A stretch of DNA of 64,000 nucleotides from an uncultured Alphaproteobacteria bacterium (GTDB lineage Bacteria > Pseudomonadota > Alphaproteobacteria > Rhizobiales > Beijerinckiaceae). Under the pieces are notes generated by a model, which was given only the letters and a program-made list of their open reading frames with translations, had not been told where the DNA came from and ran no database searches. The stretch is from contig CAWBLM010000016.1 in the NCBI GenBank assembly GCA_963789645.1, positions 54,216 to 118,215 on the forward strand, read 5' to 3'. Made by a program: the position numbers and the translations under genes. Below, piece by piece: positions 42,721-54,386 of this stretch. Each line of letters begins with the position of its first letter. Position 1 is the first letter of the stretch.

Positions 42721-43985
42721 ATGAAGCCGAGGTCGATGGAACATCAGCGTGCAAGCCTTGGAAGCGAAACAGTGGCTCTGCCGGCGCGGCGCGCGGGGGC
42801 TTGGCTCGGCGCCTTTGCCGCGCTGCTTCTGGCGAGCGGCGGATGGCGCGCGTCTGCTCATGCGGAGACGACGCCAAGCGCGAACACCGCGCGAGCCAGC
42901 GGCCCGGCGGCCGAGGCGATATATGCCGCTGCGCCACCGGAGGTTCCCGTCGTGCAGCCGAAGGTCCAAAATGTGACCGATGATGTCGAAGTCACCGGCA
43001 CGGCGGCTTCGACCAATATCGTCAAGCTGATCGCGCGCGTCGAAGGCTATCTTGAAAAGATCCATTTCGCCGACGGGGCGCTGGTGAAGAAGGACGATCT
43101 CCTTTTCACGATACAGCAAGCTGAGTACAAGGCGCAGCTGCAGGAGGCGAAGGCTCAGCTTCTGCAGCAGCAGGCGGCTTTGGTCTATGCGAAGACCGAG
43201 CTCGTGCGCTACACGGAGCTTTTCCATAAACACGCGGCGACGGCGACCGAGGTCGATCACTGGGTCTACCAGAAGGCAGCTGCCGAGGCGGGTATCCTCA
43301 ACGCCCAGGGTCAGATCGAAGTCGCCCAGTTAAATCTGGACTATACCGAGGTCAAGGCGCCGTTTGACGGCCTGATGGGCAAGCATCTCCTCGATCCCGG
43401 CAACACGGTCGGCGGCGGCGGCCAACCGACGGCGCTGGCCGAGATCACCCAGCTCGATCCGATCTATGTGAACGCGACTTTGAGCGAGCAGCAGGCCCTA
43501 GAAATCCGCGGCAACATTGCTCCGCGCCGGCTCACGCCCGCCGAACTCCTCAAGGTTCCAGTCGACGTCGGGTTAGAGAACGGGACCGGCTTTCCCTATC
43601 ACGGCCACATCGAATTTGTCGCGCCGCAGTTCGACCCCACCACCGGGACCATTGAGGTGCGCAGCATTTTGAGAAACCCTGATCGCAACCTCATACCGGG
43701 GCTGTTCGTGCGGGTGCGTCTACCGAAGGGACATGTGGCTAAGGGCGCCTGCTGGTGCCCGCGCGGGCGATCAGCGAAGATCAAGGCGGCCTTTATCTCA
43801 TGATCGTCAATAAGGACAATGTTGTCGAACAGCGCTATATAAAAGCGGCGCAGCAGCCTGTCGGTAATTTTCGGGTCATCAGCTCCGGCCTTGAGCCCGA
43901 CGATCTTGTTGTCATTGGCGACCTCTGGCGGGTCTCGCCTGGCCTCAAGGTCGTCCCCAAGCTGACGAGCCCCGACGCTCAGTAG
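42721..43985 (+). pseudogene. RND efflux periplasmic adaptor (membrane fusion protein), one frame break
   Basis: Start at MKPRSMEHQ (42721) within ORF 42457..43803. The HlyD-like coiled-coil and barrel region reads YTEVKAPFDGLMG. The C-terminal piece LVPARAISEDQGGLYLMIV... lies in ORF 43755..43985. The break is near 43750. Confidence 0.85.
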
Positions 43986-43994
43986 GACTGGCGC

Positions 43995-46900
43995 ATGATA
44001 TCGAAGTTTTTTATCGAGCATCCGGTCCTCGCCAATGTCCTGGCGATCATCATCGTGCTGATCGGCGGCGTCGCCCTCTACACGCTGCCGGTCTCCGAAT
44101 ATCCTAATGTCGTGCCGCCGACCGTGCAGGTCACCACGCGCTATCCGGGAGCAAGCCCGCAAACGGTGGTCGACACCGTCGCCTTGCCGATCGAATTGCA
44201 GGTCAATGGCGCCGACCGCATGCTTTACATGCAGTCGACCAGCGCCGCCGACGGCACCTATACGCTGACGGTGACGTTCGATATCGGCACTGATCCGAAC
44301 ATCGATCAGGTGTTGGTGCAAAACCGCGTTCAAAGCGCCTTGGCCTCGCTGCCGCAATCGGTACAAGCGCAGGGTGTCACGATCCAGAAAAAGAACACCG
44401 CGATCCTGCAGATCGTGACGCTCGATTCGCCGGACGGGCAATATGACGGCCTGTTCATGAGCAATTACGCAACGATCAATCTTGTCAATGAACTGGCGCG
44501 CCTGCCCGGCGTCGGCAACGTCACCGTCTTCGGCGCCAGTAGTTACGCGATGCGGATCTGGCTCGATCCGGACAAGCTCTATTCCCTCGGTCTCCAGCCG
44601 AAGGACGTCATCGACTTCCGTCCGCCAGCAGAGCCAGGAGGTCACCGCCGGCCAGGTCGGCATGCCGCCAGCGCCGCAAGATCAGGCGTTCCAATATACG
44701 GTCGACATCCTGTCGCGCTTCAACGACCCCTCCCAATTCGCCGAGATCATCATCAAGGATCAGACCGCCCAGGGCGGACGCCTCGTCCGGGTGAAAGATG
44801 TCGGGCGCATTGAGCTTGGCGCGCAAACCTATTCGCAGGATTTCAAGCTAAACGGGCGGCCCGGCTCCGGCATCGCAATCTTTCAGACACCGGAAGCCAA
44901 TTCACTGGCGGTTGCGAAAGAAGTGAAGGCGAAGATGGAGGAGCTCGGAAAACGCTTCCCCCAGGGCTTGAGATATAGCATTCCTTTCGACACGACGATC
45001 TTCGTTAGAAATTCAATCAGCGACGTCTACACGACCTTATGGCAGGCCGGCGTTCTGGTCCTCATCGTGATCCTCGTCTTTTTGCAGAACTTTCGGGCGA
45101 CGCTCGTGCCGGCGACGACGGTTCCCGTCACTATCATTGGCGCCTTCGCCGGCATGGCGGCGCTGGGCTTCAGCGTCAATTTGTCGACCCTGTTCGGCAT
45201 CGTGCTGGCGATCGGCATCGTCGTCGACGACGCTATCGTGATCGTCGAAGGCGTGTCGAAACACATCGAGCGCGGCTTGTCGGGCCATGACGCCGCGATC
45301 AAGGCGATGGATGAATTATTCGGACCGATCATCGGCATTACGCTGGTCTTGATGTCGGTGTTTCTCCCAGCCGCTTTCATGCCTGAACTCACCGGGAAGA
45401 TGTTCAGCCAATTCGCGCTCGTGATCGCCGTCACGGCCTTGATCAGCGCCGTCAATGCGGCGACCCTGAAGCCGACGCAATGCGCCCTCTGGCTGCGCCA
45501 AGAGACGCCGCCCGACCAGCGCAATTTCTTCTATCGCGGCTTCAATTTCGTCTTTCAGAAGGCGGAGAACGCCTATGCGTCCCTGATCGGCCGGAATGGT
45601 GCGCCACGCGGGCTTGATGGTTCTCATCGCAATCGCGCTGGCGGGTGTCGGCTTTCTGGGGCATTGCTCGATTGCCGACGGCCTTCATCCCCATTGACGA
45701 TCAGGGTTATGCTATGATCGCCGTCCAATTGCCGGACGGCGCGTCGCTCGAGCGAACCACCGCGGCCTTGGCGCAGGCGACGGAGATCGCTAAGGCGACC
45801 CCTGGAGTCAAAAACGTAATCGCGATATCAGGTGAATCCGTGCTTGACAATAATGCGACGCTCGCCAATGGCGGTGTCGAATACGTCATCTTTGATTTCT
45901 TTGCCGATCGTTTGAAGGCCAAGAATCAGGATCTCAGATCGATCCTTGAAAGCATTCAGGGCAAACTCAACAATCTTCCGGATGGAAGAGGATTTGTGCT
46001 GGTGCCGCCGCCAATCCAGGGCATCGGCCAGGCGGGCGGCTTCCAGATGGAGGTCGAACTGCTTGGCGGCAGCTTCAATTATACGAAGCTCAATGAACTG
46101 ACGCGGCAGATCCTCAAATCCGCATCCGCCAATCCGACGGTACAACGTTCTCTTACTACGTTCCAACTGGCGGCGCCGCAAGTCGCCGTCACTGTCGATC
46201 GCGATCGGGCCGAAACCTTGAAAGTCGCGGTTGGCGACATCTTCTCGACATTGAGCGCCTATCTCGGTTCGACCTACATCAACCAATTCAACAAATTCGG
46301 CCAATCGTACCAGGTCTATGCCCAGGCCGATTCGCAATTCCGGCTGAATCCGGAGGACATTCTCAATCTTTATGTGCGCAATAAGGATCAGCAAATGGTG
46401 CCGATCAGTTCGGTCGCCTATCTCGGCCATCAGGTGGCCCCGCCGCTGATCACGCTCTACAATTTATATCCCGCCGCGACAGTCGTGGGGGCGACGGCGC
46501 AAGGCTTCAGCTCGGGCCAGACAATGGACGCGATGGCGCAAATCGCCAAGGCGACCCTGCCGAATGACGTCACTTACCAATGGTCCGGAATGTCATATCA
46601 GGAGAAGCTGGTCGGCAATCAGCTCGTCTATATTTTCGCCCTCTCGATCCTTCTCGTCTATCTCGTCCTCGCCGGACAATATGAAAGCTGGATCTTGCCG
46701 CTGGCGGTGCTCTCGGCCGTGCCGCTCGCTCTGCTCGGGCCGGTCATCGCCTTGACCAGCCTCGGGGTCGCCAACAATCTCTATACGCAGATCGGCCTGA
46801 TGCTGCTGATCGCGCTTTCGGCCAAGAACGGCATCTTGATCGTCGAGATGGCCCGCGAAGGGCGGGTCAAGGGGGGACTTTCTATTCTGGAAGCCGCCGT

Positions 46901-47165
46901 GGCGGCCTCTCGCTCCCGCTTCCGGCCGATCCTCATGACCTCCTTCGCCTTCATCCTCGGCGTGTTGCCGCTCGTCCTGGCGACGGGGGCATCGGCAAAC
47001 GCCCGCAAATCGCTCGGCATCAGCGTCTTCACCGGCATGATCGCATCGACCCTCCTCGCCGTGCTTTTCGTCCCCTCTTTCTTCACGGTTCTGCAAAACT
47101 TCGAGGAGCGACGGAAGAGCCGTAAGAAGAAGCCCGCGGCCGAGGTGGCGAAGCCGGCGCAATAA
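43995..47165 (+). pseudogene. RND efflux permease (AcrB/HAE1 type), three frame breaks
   Basis: MISKFFIEHPVLANVLAIIIVLIGG... continues through to the C-terminal TM bundle. The pieces are ORFs 43995..44813, 44482..45717 and 45645..47165, plus a short fourth segment ([20 protein letters not shown]). Breaks are near 44618 (TTC to TTCC), 45595 and 45660 (GGG to GGGG). Confidence 0.9.
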
Positions 47166-47350
47166 GCGGCGCAGGCATTTGCTCGTTTTTTCAACACGAA
47201 GCCGTCACGGTCGGCGTGGACATGCTCCCGCCAGCCGGTCATCCAAAAAATGGCGCGCTTTAGCTTGGAGAAACCGCCAAACGCTACAAATTAGAGGCAC
47301 AATTGGCGTTGATTCGATGGCCGCGCCGGTCTCGACTCCGAAGGTGAGCC

Positions 47351-48036
47351 ATGGATTTTACAGCCGTCATCGAAACCGCGCGCCCGTCCGCTACGGAAGC
47401 GAATTCTTGGCTTTCTCCGCAGCGCCGGCGACGAAAAGCTCCTGCCGCGCCCGGCCGATGACTATGTGCGCTCGATCGGAAGAGGCCTGTTCTGCGTCGC
47501 GCGCAGCGAAGGGAGACTGCATCGCCGTCGCCGGCGCCTTCGTCCTGAGCGACGTCGAGCCAATTCTCATCGAGATGGGAAGTTGCTATGTGACGTCGGC
47601 GTTTCGCGGCTTCGGGCTGCAGAAGCTGCTGGTCCGCGCCCGTATCGCCGCCGCGATCGCCCTCGTCGATCCGGACGCCCGTATTCTCACGGCGATCTCT
47701 CCGCAAAATCTTGGCTCTCGCGCATCGGTCCTTAAGGCCGGTTTTGAGCCCTTGACGGAGGACGCGCGCCTGTTGACAGAGCTCTGCGCCTATTGCGCCG
47801 CCCGGCCGGGCGCAACATCTGAAAGGCTCTGCTGCTGCGACTTTTTCTACATCCCGCAACACAGGCAGCGCGACGAGATCGCCGCGCTTTTGCGCAAAGG
47901 CGAGGTGACGGTCTGGCGCGCCAATGGCGAGCTTATGTCGGTCGCGATGAAGATCGACGCCTTGAAGGAGCCGCACCGCGCGGCGCTCGCGTCCTTCGCC
48001 GGCGAGCGCGAACGGTCGGACCATGTCGGGGCCTAG
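47351..48036 (+). pseudogene. small GNAT-fold acyltransferase, two frame breaks, translationally coupled to astB
   Basis: MDFTAVIETARPSATEA runs from ATG 47351. LLPRPADDYVRSI..GLFCVARSEGRL lies in the frame of ORF 47466..47735. IAVAGAFVLSDVEPILIEMGSCYVTSAFRGFGLQKLLV...LKAGFEP lies in the frame of ORF 47179..48036. The stop overlaps the astB start by 14 nt. Confidence 0.5.
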
Positions 48037-49381
48037 GAACGGCGAGGCCGACGAAGTCAATTTCGACGGATTGGTCGGGCCGACCCATAATTTCGGCGGC
48101 CTCTCGGAGGGCAATATCAAATCGATCGAGAGCCGGGGACGCGTCTCGAACCCGCGCGCGGCGGCCCTGCAGGGGCTGGCGAAGATGCGCCTTTTGATGG
48201 AGCTGGGCGTTCCGCAAGGCGTGTTGCCGCCGCACGAGCGCCCCCATGTCGAGAGTTTGCGGCGCCTCGGCTTTTCCGGTTCGGACGCGGCGGTCGTCGC
48301 GCAGGCCTGGAAGACCGCGCCCTTGCTGGTCACGAACGTCTCGTCCGCCTCCGCCATGTGGACCGCCAATGCGGCCACGGTCTCGCCGAGCGCGGATACA
48401 GCGGATGGGCGCCTGCATCTGACCGTGGCCAATTTGGCGAGCAAGCTCCACCGCTCTATTGAGAGCGGCTTTACGGCCTCGGCGCTGCGCGCGATTTTCG
48501 CGGACCACGGGCGCTTCGTCGTCCACGACGCGTTGCCCTGCGGCGGAAAATTCGGCGACGAAGGCGCGGCGAACCATATGAGGCTCACCCCCTCGCACGG
48601 GGAGCCGGGCGTCGAGATCTTCGTCTTCGGCCGTTCCGCGTTCGAAGAGAGCGGGCCGCCGCGCCGGTTTGAGCCGCGGCAAGCGCTGGAGGCCTCAAGG
48701 GCTATCGCGCGGCTGCACGGGCTGGATCCCGCCCGCGCGCTGTTCATACGGCAGGCGCAAAAAGCCGTCGACGCCGGCGTGTTCCACAACGATGTCGCGG
48801 CGGTTGCGAACGGACCGGTACTGCTCGCCCATGAATGTGCCTTCGAGACCGGAAGCGAGGCCTTTGACACTATTGCAAAGGCGTGCCCCTTCGCGCCCCT
48901 GATTATCAAGGCGCGTGAAGCGGACTTGCCGCTGGACGAGGCGGCCCGAAGCTATCTCTTCAACAGCCAGCTGGTGACCCGGCCGGGTCGTTCAGGCGCA
49001 ATGGTCCTGATTCTGCCCGAAGACGTCAAATCCTCGCCGCGCGCGCTGGCTTTCGCCGAAGGGCTGGTTTCGAGCGACGGCCCGATCGATCAGCTCGTTT
49101 TCGTGGACATCCGCCAAAGCATGTGGAATGGCGGCGGTCCTGCCTGCTTGCGCCTTCGCGTCGTTATGACTGAAAAGGAGCGCCGAGCGCTGCGGGGGCG
49201 CGTCCTCTTGGATCAAGCTTTGCTGGCGCGCCTCGAAGATTGCGTGCGGCGCCATTATCGCGATCGCCTCAGCGCGGACGATCTCAGCGATCCGAGCCTG
49301 TTGGAGGAAAGCCGCGCGGCGCTCGACGAACTCACCGCCATTTTGGACCTCGGCCCGATCTATGCGTTCCAGCGGGGGTAG
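48023..49381 (+). CDS. astB: N-succinylarginine dihydrolase
   Basis: 452-aa ORF with the N-terminal EVNFDGLVGPTHNFGGLS signature and full-length AstB-like sequence ending in GPACLRLRVVMT... Confidence 0.9.
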   Translation: MSGPRNGEADEVNFDGLVGPTHNFGGLSEGNIKSIESRGRVSNPRAAALQGLAKMRLLMELGVPQGVLPPHERPHVESLRRLGFSGSDAAVVAQAWKTAPLLVTNVSSASAMWTANAATVSPSADTADGRLHLTVANLASKLHRSIESGFTASALRAIFADHGRFVVHDALPCGGKFGDEGAANHMRLTPSHGEPGVEIFVFGRSAFEESGPPRRFEPRQALEASRAIARLHGLDPARALFIRQAQKAVDAGVFHNDVAAVANGPVLLAHECAFETGSEAFDTIAKACPFAPLIIKAREADLPLDEAARSYLFNSQLVTRPGRSGAMVLILPEDVKSSPRALAFAEGLVSSDGPIDQLVFVDIRQSMWNGGGPACLRLRVVMTEKERRALRGRVLLDQALLARLEDCVRRHYRDRLSADDLSDPSLLEESRAALDELTAILDLGPIYAFQRG

Positions 49382-49493
49382 CGCCGAGCCGCCGAAGGCT
49401 TTGCCGGCCCAAGCGAAGAGCACGGGCCAGCTGCACGAGCGACATGCAGGCCGTCAAAACGAAACTTAATGAAGCACAGGGGAAGATGACTTA

Positions 49494-50380
49494 TTAATTG
49501 GGCTTAGCGACGGATGGATGGGCGTCGCGGTATTGCGCGAGCTCTGCTGTTGATGAGCGTGCGTCCAGAAATTCCAACAGCTTTGCGATCTGTCTGGCTT
49601 TGTAGAGCGCAAGTGGCCGGCATCGAGGATGTGGACCTCGCCGGGCAGATCGCGCTGATAGCGGCCGTCTCGGCAACCAGGAACGAAGGGTCGTCAGCCC
49701 AATAACACGTGGGCGGCTGGTTCAGCCGTAGCCAAGCGCTCCACGCGAGATAGTTGGTGACGTTGGTGCGGTAATCGTAGAACAGATCGATCTGGATGTC
49801 GGCTTCGCCGGGCGGCTCAGGAACGCAAACTCGTCCGTCCATCGATCGGGATCGAGTGTCTCGGGATTTGGATTGAGCCGATATGACGCTGCTTGGTGGC
49901 AGCAAAGGACGAGAAATTCGCTCGTAGAGCCGGCCTCGTTTGCGGCCGGTGGGCCCAGAACTCTCGCCGCTTCTGCCAGAGCGGGCCGAGTCCTTCGTCG
50001 TGGGCGACGGCGTTCTGTATGATGAGCGCCTGCACGCGTTCAGGATGAGCATGGCGAGCCGGAGCCCGACCGGCCCACCATATCCTGGAAGTACAGCGCA
50101 TAGCGATCGAGGCGGAGCGCCTCGGTGAAGTGCTCCATCACCTGAGCAATATGATCGAACGTGTAGGAAAACACCTGGCGCCGGCGCATCGCTGTGACCG
50201 AACCCCGGATAATCCGGAGCAAGGAGGTGGTAATACGCGGCAGACGCGTCAGCAGCGGCTCGTACATCCGCGAGGATGACGGAAAGCCATGCAGGAGCAA
50301 GAGCGTCGGCGCATCCGGCCGCCCGGCCTCGCGATAGAAGATGGACAGGCCATCGACCTTACGGTGCGGTAGAACACCAT
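49494..50380 (-). pseudogene. alpha/beta hydrolase (haloalkane dehalogenase/epoxide hydrolase-like), at least 5 frame breaks
   Basis: The pieces are spread over all three frames. In order they are MVFYRTV, then KVDGLSIFYREAGRPDAPTLLLLHGFPSSSRMYEPLLTRL, then YHLLAPDYPGFGHSDAPAPGVF. They continue with SYTFDHIAQVMEHFTEALRLDRYALYFQD, then HPERVQALIIQNAVAHDEGLGPLWQKRREFW, then IQIDLFYDYRTNV, and end in ARQIAKLLEFLDARS. Confidence 0.7.
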
Positions 50381-50400
50381 TGGCTTAAAGCCAGTCGGCG

Positions 50401-50862
50401 CTATTTCCATGGCGTGATTGAGGGCACGGTCACGCCCGCTGGGGACGCTGCGTCCACCGTGCCGAAATCCGCCGGACCCGTAATCTCCAAATATTCCATG
50501 TCCGGCGAATAATCGAACAGATAATGGGTGATGCCCGGCCGTTGGTGCACGCAGTCGCCGGCTTCGACCAGAGTCTCCTTGTCTTCATACATGAACCGCG
50601 CCCAACCCTTGGTCATGATGACGATGTGAAAGTCGGCGACGTGCCGGTGCCAGCCGGTGCCCGCCTCCGGCGGCTTGTTGGCGCGCACCAGATGAGCGAC
50701 CACTTGCCCATTCGTCGCATCGGCGATCCCGAGGTCGCGATATTCGAAGAAGTCGCGCAGCCCGTCGCCGTGGAACTTCGTGTCGTTTGGCTTGACATGG
50801 GAAAATTTGGTTTTCGGCTGCTGATCAGCATCGGCCGCTTCATTGAGATCGACGGCGCTCAT
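50401..50862 (-). CDS. cupin domain protein
   Basis: 153-aa ORF with the cupin metal-site-like motifs GTGWHRHVADFHIVIMTKGW and GDCVHQRPGITH. Confidence 0.72.
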   Translation of the reverse strand: MSAVDLNEAADADQQPKTKFSHVKPNDTKFHGDGLRDFFEYRDLGIADATNGQVVAHLVRANKPPEAGTGWHRHVADFHIVIMTKGWARFMYEDKETLVEAGDCVHQRPGITHYLFDYSPDMEYLEITGPADFGTVDAASPAGVTVPSITPWK

Positions 50863-51254
50863 GATGTTTCTCCTTCACAAAGCGAATGGGAGCGCGATGG
50901 CGCTTGAACGAATCCGCAAGCGAAAAACGTGACAGGTGCGTCCCGCTCGGACGCCCCTTTTGGGCGGGCCGCCGTTCGAAGCCGGATCGCGCCGCCCTCG
51001 GCCGGGAAAGCGCCCCTTTTCAACAGATGATGTGTTTGGATTATCGGCTAACTGGCCGCCAAGCGCCGCCGCTCTTGTCCCTGAGGTAATTCGCGAGCCG
51101 TGGGTTTTCTGCGCCATGCTCGTTAGGCGAGAATCTGACTGCACAAAAAATAGTCTCGAAGCCTAACGCCGATGCGCGGGAGGGGCGCGGCGCGGCTCAT
51201 TTTCGCCCGCCAATTGGCCGCAGCGCTGATGGGGCACGACGGCGCCCATTTTGG

Positions 51255-51908
51255 TCAGAATTCGACCTCGAGCTCCTCCATATCTTCCGGCTCCAGCTTC
51301 GCAGCTTCAATCCATTCTTGCAGCTCCGGCATCGCCATGATGGTCTTGCAATAAGCCTCGCTCTCGGGGTCGATTTTGACGTGATAGGTCAACAGGCGGG
51401 TGACGACCGGCGCGTACATCGCATCAGCCATGGAGCGTTCGCCGAGCAGGAAAGGCCCGCCATAAAGATCGAGGTGCTCGCGCCATATTTCGGCGATGCG
51501 GTCGATATCCGCCTGCGCCCGCGACCACACGTTAAATTTGGGGAAATCGCCTTTCAGATTCATCGGCAGCGCCGAACGCAGCGGACCGAAGCCGGAATGC
51601 ATTTCGCCGCTGATCGACCGGCAGCGCGTCCGCTTTTCGAGATCGAGCGGCAGCAAATGAGCCTCGGGTTTGATTTCGGCCAGATATTCGCCGATGGCGA
51701 GGGTATCCCAAATCTTCAGTCCATTATGCGCCAAATTGGGCACGAGAAATGACGAAGACAGCAGCAAAAGCTCGGCCCGCATCGCTGGATCATCGGGGGA
51801 GATGATCTTCTCTTCAAAGGGGAGGCCTGACATCCGGGTCATCAGCCAACCCCGGAGCGACCATGAGGAATAGTTCTTGCTGCTGATGGTGAGAATGGCT
51901 TCGCTCAA
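51255..51908 (-). CDS. glutathione S-transferase family protein
   Basis: ORF 51255..51971. The likely TTG start at 51908 (AGAGG 7 nt upstream) gives MSEAILTISSKNYSSWSLRGWL, typical of the YfcF-like GST N-terminus. A C-terminal GST domain is present. Confidence 0.78.
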   Translation of the reverse strand: MSEAILTISSKNYSSWSLRGWLMTRMSGLPFEEKIISPDDPAMRAELLLLSSSFLVPNLAHNGLKIWDTLAIGEYLAEIKPEAHLLPLDLEKRTRCRSISGEMHSGFGPLRSALPMNLKGDFPKFNVWSRAQADIDRIAEIWREHLDLYGGPFLLGERSMADAMYAPVVTRLLTYHVKIDPESEAYCKTIMAMPELQEWIEAAKLEPEDMEELEVEF

Positions 51909-52037
51909 TGAACACCTCTTCGACCGTGAACTGCAACCGTGGAGCTTGGGTTCGCTTGCGAATTCATGCAATACTGCATAGGCTTGGCGTTATCGCGGAG
52001 CATATTGCATGCCGCCCGTCGTCCTGAATATCCCTAG

Positions 52038-53291
52038 ATGATCAATTTCTCTTCAGATTGGATGCGCTCAATGATGTATGAAGCCTACGGAGCCCAGGCT
52101 AGTATCCATGATCTTTTGCGGCCCCTCGCGTCTGCAGTGGGATCGGCGTTGCGGCTGCCCTGGCCGGTTTTCAGCCAGATCTTTACTGTCCGCAGGCTCG
52201 CCGGCGCCCTCGAAACTTTCGCCAATCTCGCCATAACCCACGAGCGCGTGCCTTTTGGCATCACCGAGGTCTCCGACGGTGGCCGCGTCGCGCCGGTTAC
52301 CGAAGAAGTCGTCCACAAGACTCCATTTGCGACGCTGCTGCGTTTCAAGAAGGAGGTTGACGCGCCGGGGCCGAAAGTGCTGCTCGTCGCCCCGATGTCC
52401 GGCCATTTCGCGACGCTTTTGAAGGCGACGGTCAAGACGATGCTGCCGCATCATGACGTCTACATCACCGATTGGCACAACATTCGCGATGTGCCGAGCG
52501 CCGAGGGCGAATTCGGATTCGATCAATATGTCGATCACGTGATCGAAAGTCTTCGCGTTATTGGCCCTCCCGCGCATGTCGTTGCGGTTTGCCAGCCCTG
52601 CGTCGCCGTGCTGGCCGCGGTGTCGGTCATGGCCGAAGCCGAGGATCCGGCGCAGCCGCGCAGCATGACCTTGATGGCCGGGCCGATCGACACCCGCGTT
52701 AGTCCGACCAAGGTTAATCAGCTGGCGACGACGAAGCCGATCGAGTGGTTCGAAAAGAATCTGATCGCCGACGTGCCGCGGACTTTGAAGGGGGCGGGAC
52801 GCAAAGTCTATCCGGGGTTTCTTCAGCTCGCGGCGTTCGTCAGCATGAATCCCGACCGCCATATTCAGTCTTTCAAAGACATGGCGCAGGCTCATGCCGA
52901 TAACGACATGACCAAATTTCAGATCATAAAGTCATTTTACGATGAATATTTCGCGGTGATGGATTTACCCGCGGAATTTTATTTGCCGACGGTCAAGGCT
53001 GTCTTCCAGGATCATCTTCTGCCGCTCGGCAAGCTCGAAGTGCATGGCCGCGTCGTGAACCCCGCGGCGATCAGGCGCACCGCACTGCTGACCGTTGAGG
53101 GCGAGCGCGACGATATTTGCGGTCTCGGCCAAACCATGGCCGCGCAGGAGCTATGCACGAGCCTCAGGCAATATATGAAGCAGCATCACGTTCAAACGGG
53201 CGTCGGCCACTACGGCACTTTCAGCGGGCGCCGTTGGGCGACTGAAATCTATCCGAAGCTGCGCGACATTATCGAAATGACGAATCGCTGA
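52038..53291 (+). CDS. phaZ: intracellular polyhydroxyalkanoate depolymerase
   Basis: 417-aa ORF. MMYEAYGAQASIHDLLRP... (the start may be at about 52071) and ...KVLLVAPMSGHFATLLK...VCQPCV... are typical of PhaZ (TIGR01849-like, from memory). Confidence 0.86.
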   Translation: MINFSSDWMRSMMYEAYGAQASIHDLLRPLASAVGSALRLPWPVFSQIFTVRRLAGALETFANLAITHERVPFGITEVSDGGRVAPVTEEVVHKTPFATLLRFKKEVDAPGPKVLLVAPMSGHFATLLKATVKTMLPHHDVYITDWHNIRDVPSAEGEFGFDQYVDHVIESLRVIGPPAHVVAVCQPCVAVLAAVSVMAEAEDPAQPRSMTLMAGPIDTRVSPTKVNQLATTKPIEWFEKNLIADVPRTLKGAGRKVYPGFLQLAAFVSMNPDRHIQSFKDMAQAHADNDMTKFQIIKSFYDEYFAVMDLPAEFYLPTVKAVFQDHLLPLGKLEVHGRVVNPAAIRRTALLTVEGERDDICGLGQTMAAQELCTSLRQYMKQHHVQTGVGHYGTFSGRRWATEIYPKLRDIIEMTNR

Positions 53292-53334
53292 GGCGCGCCG
53301 TAAAGCCTCATCTTTTGTCGGATCGCGATACGTC

Positions 53335-54195
53335 CTAAAGACGGCCGAGAAGCTCAGCCTTCTTGGTTGAAAACTCCTCCTCGCTGAGGATGTTTTTCTG
53401 GCGAAGCTCCGCGAGCTTTTCGATCGCGCTGAAAATATCGTGGGTCCCCTGACCCGCCGTCGTCGCCATGCTCGATAGCGGCTGAACCGGCGCAGCGGAC
53501 CGGACCGGCGGCAGGGGTTCAGGCGCATGCGGCGCGGCCGCCGGAGCCGGCGGTCGAGCCGCGGCCGGGCCCGGCGCCGCCTCGGGCGAGACCACTTTGA
53601 GGTCACGGAGCCGCACCACGCCGTGCTGGCTGGTGAAAGTCAGCGATTGATCGCCGCTTTGCTGTTGTGAGACCCCCGAAATGTTGTGATCGGCCGTATC
53701 GTAGACAGTCACGCGGCCGCCTTGATTGATCGCCAAGCGCTGCGAGGAAGGAAAATAGGCGTATTGCAAATCGTTTTGGCTGCCTAACGAAGCGACTTTG
53801 CCCAATCCATCGGGCCACCAATTATGGCCGAAGGCTTGAGCCAGAACGCTGACGCTCGCTCCCGAAATGTTGTAATTCTGCGCTTGCCATGACGCCGGTC
53901 CTGAGGGCTTTTCGTCATGCGCGAACATCTCCGGGCGGTGCAGGGCGTTGGCGAGGTCGTTGGCAAGCGTGTCGACGCGCTGCTTCAGGCCTTGATTGAA
54001 CATGTCGCCGATCATGATCATGCCGCCTTGCGACCACTGTCCCATGCCGCCGAGTTCGGGATGGTTGAATTGCGCCTGCGCGCCGTTTCCGAGCGCTATG
54101 GCGCGAAACAAGGTCAAAGCGGTGTCGCTGCTGAAGCCATTCCGGCTGGCGATATCCTCGACAATTCGTTGGCCCTCCGGGGTTAGGCCCTTCAT
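53335..54195 (-). CDS. SHOCT-domain protein with an uncharacterised N-terminal domain
   Basis: 286-aa ORF with a Pro/Ala-rich linker and a C-terminal SHOCT-like motif DIFSAIEKLAELRQKNILSEEEFSTKKAELLGRL. Confidence 0.68.
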   Translation of the reverse strand: MKGLTPEGQRIVEDIASRNGFSSDTALTLFRAIALGNGAQAQFNHPELGGMGQWSQGGMIMIGDMFNQGLKQRVDTLANDLANALHRPEMFAHDEKPSGPASWQAQNYNISGASVSVLAQAFGHNWWPDGLGKVASLGSQNDLQYAYFPSSQRLAINQGGRVTVYDTADHNISGVSQQQSGDQSLTFTSQHGVVRLRDLKVVSPEAAPGPAAARPPAPAAAPHAPEPLPPVRSAAPVQPLSSMATTAGQGTHDIFSAIEKLAELRQKNILSEEEFSTKKAELLGRL

Positions 54196-54386
54196 GTCTG
54201 CGTCTCCGGCTGCATGAGAAAATGCTGTGCTTCGACAAGCGCTCCGCGCCGCGTCGAGCTGAGACGGACCTTATCATATCGCAGTGCGCAATGGTGACAC
54301 GTCCGCGCGCTCGGATGCAAAAATTGCTGTGCGAAGCGGCCTCCCGCGACGCCTGTCGGACCCCTGAGCGCAAAGTAGGCCGCGGC

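Noticed and set aside
43599-44663. 354-aa minus-strand ORF, and the similar 56504..57496 (330 aa), 34108..35031 (307 aa), 14084..15094 (336 aa) and 26309..27112 (267 aa)
   Set aside because: All are shadow ORFs opposite recognisable genes (MFP/RND, dps/ROK, BVMO, helicase, xdhC). None has family-like sequence.
47284-48909. 541-aa minus-strand ORF
   Set aside because: It is antisense to the GNAT and astB genes. astB is unambiguous on the plus strand.
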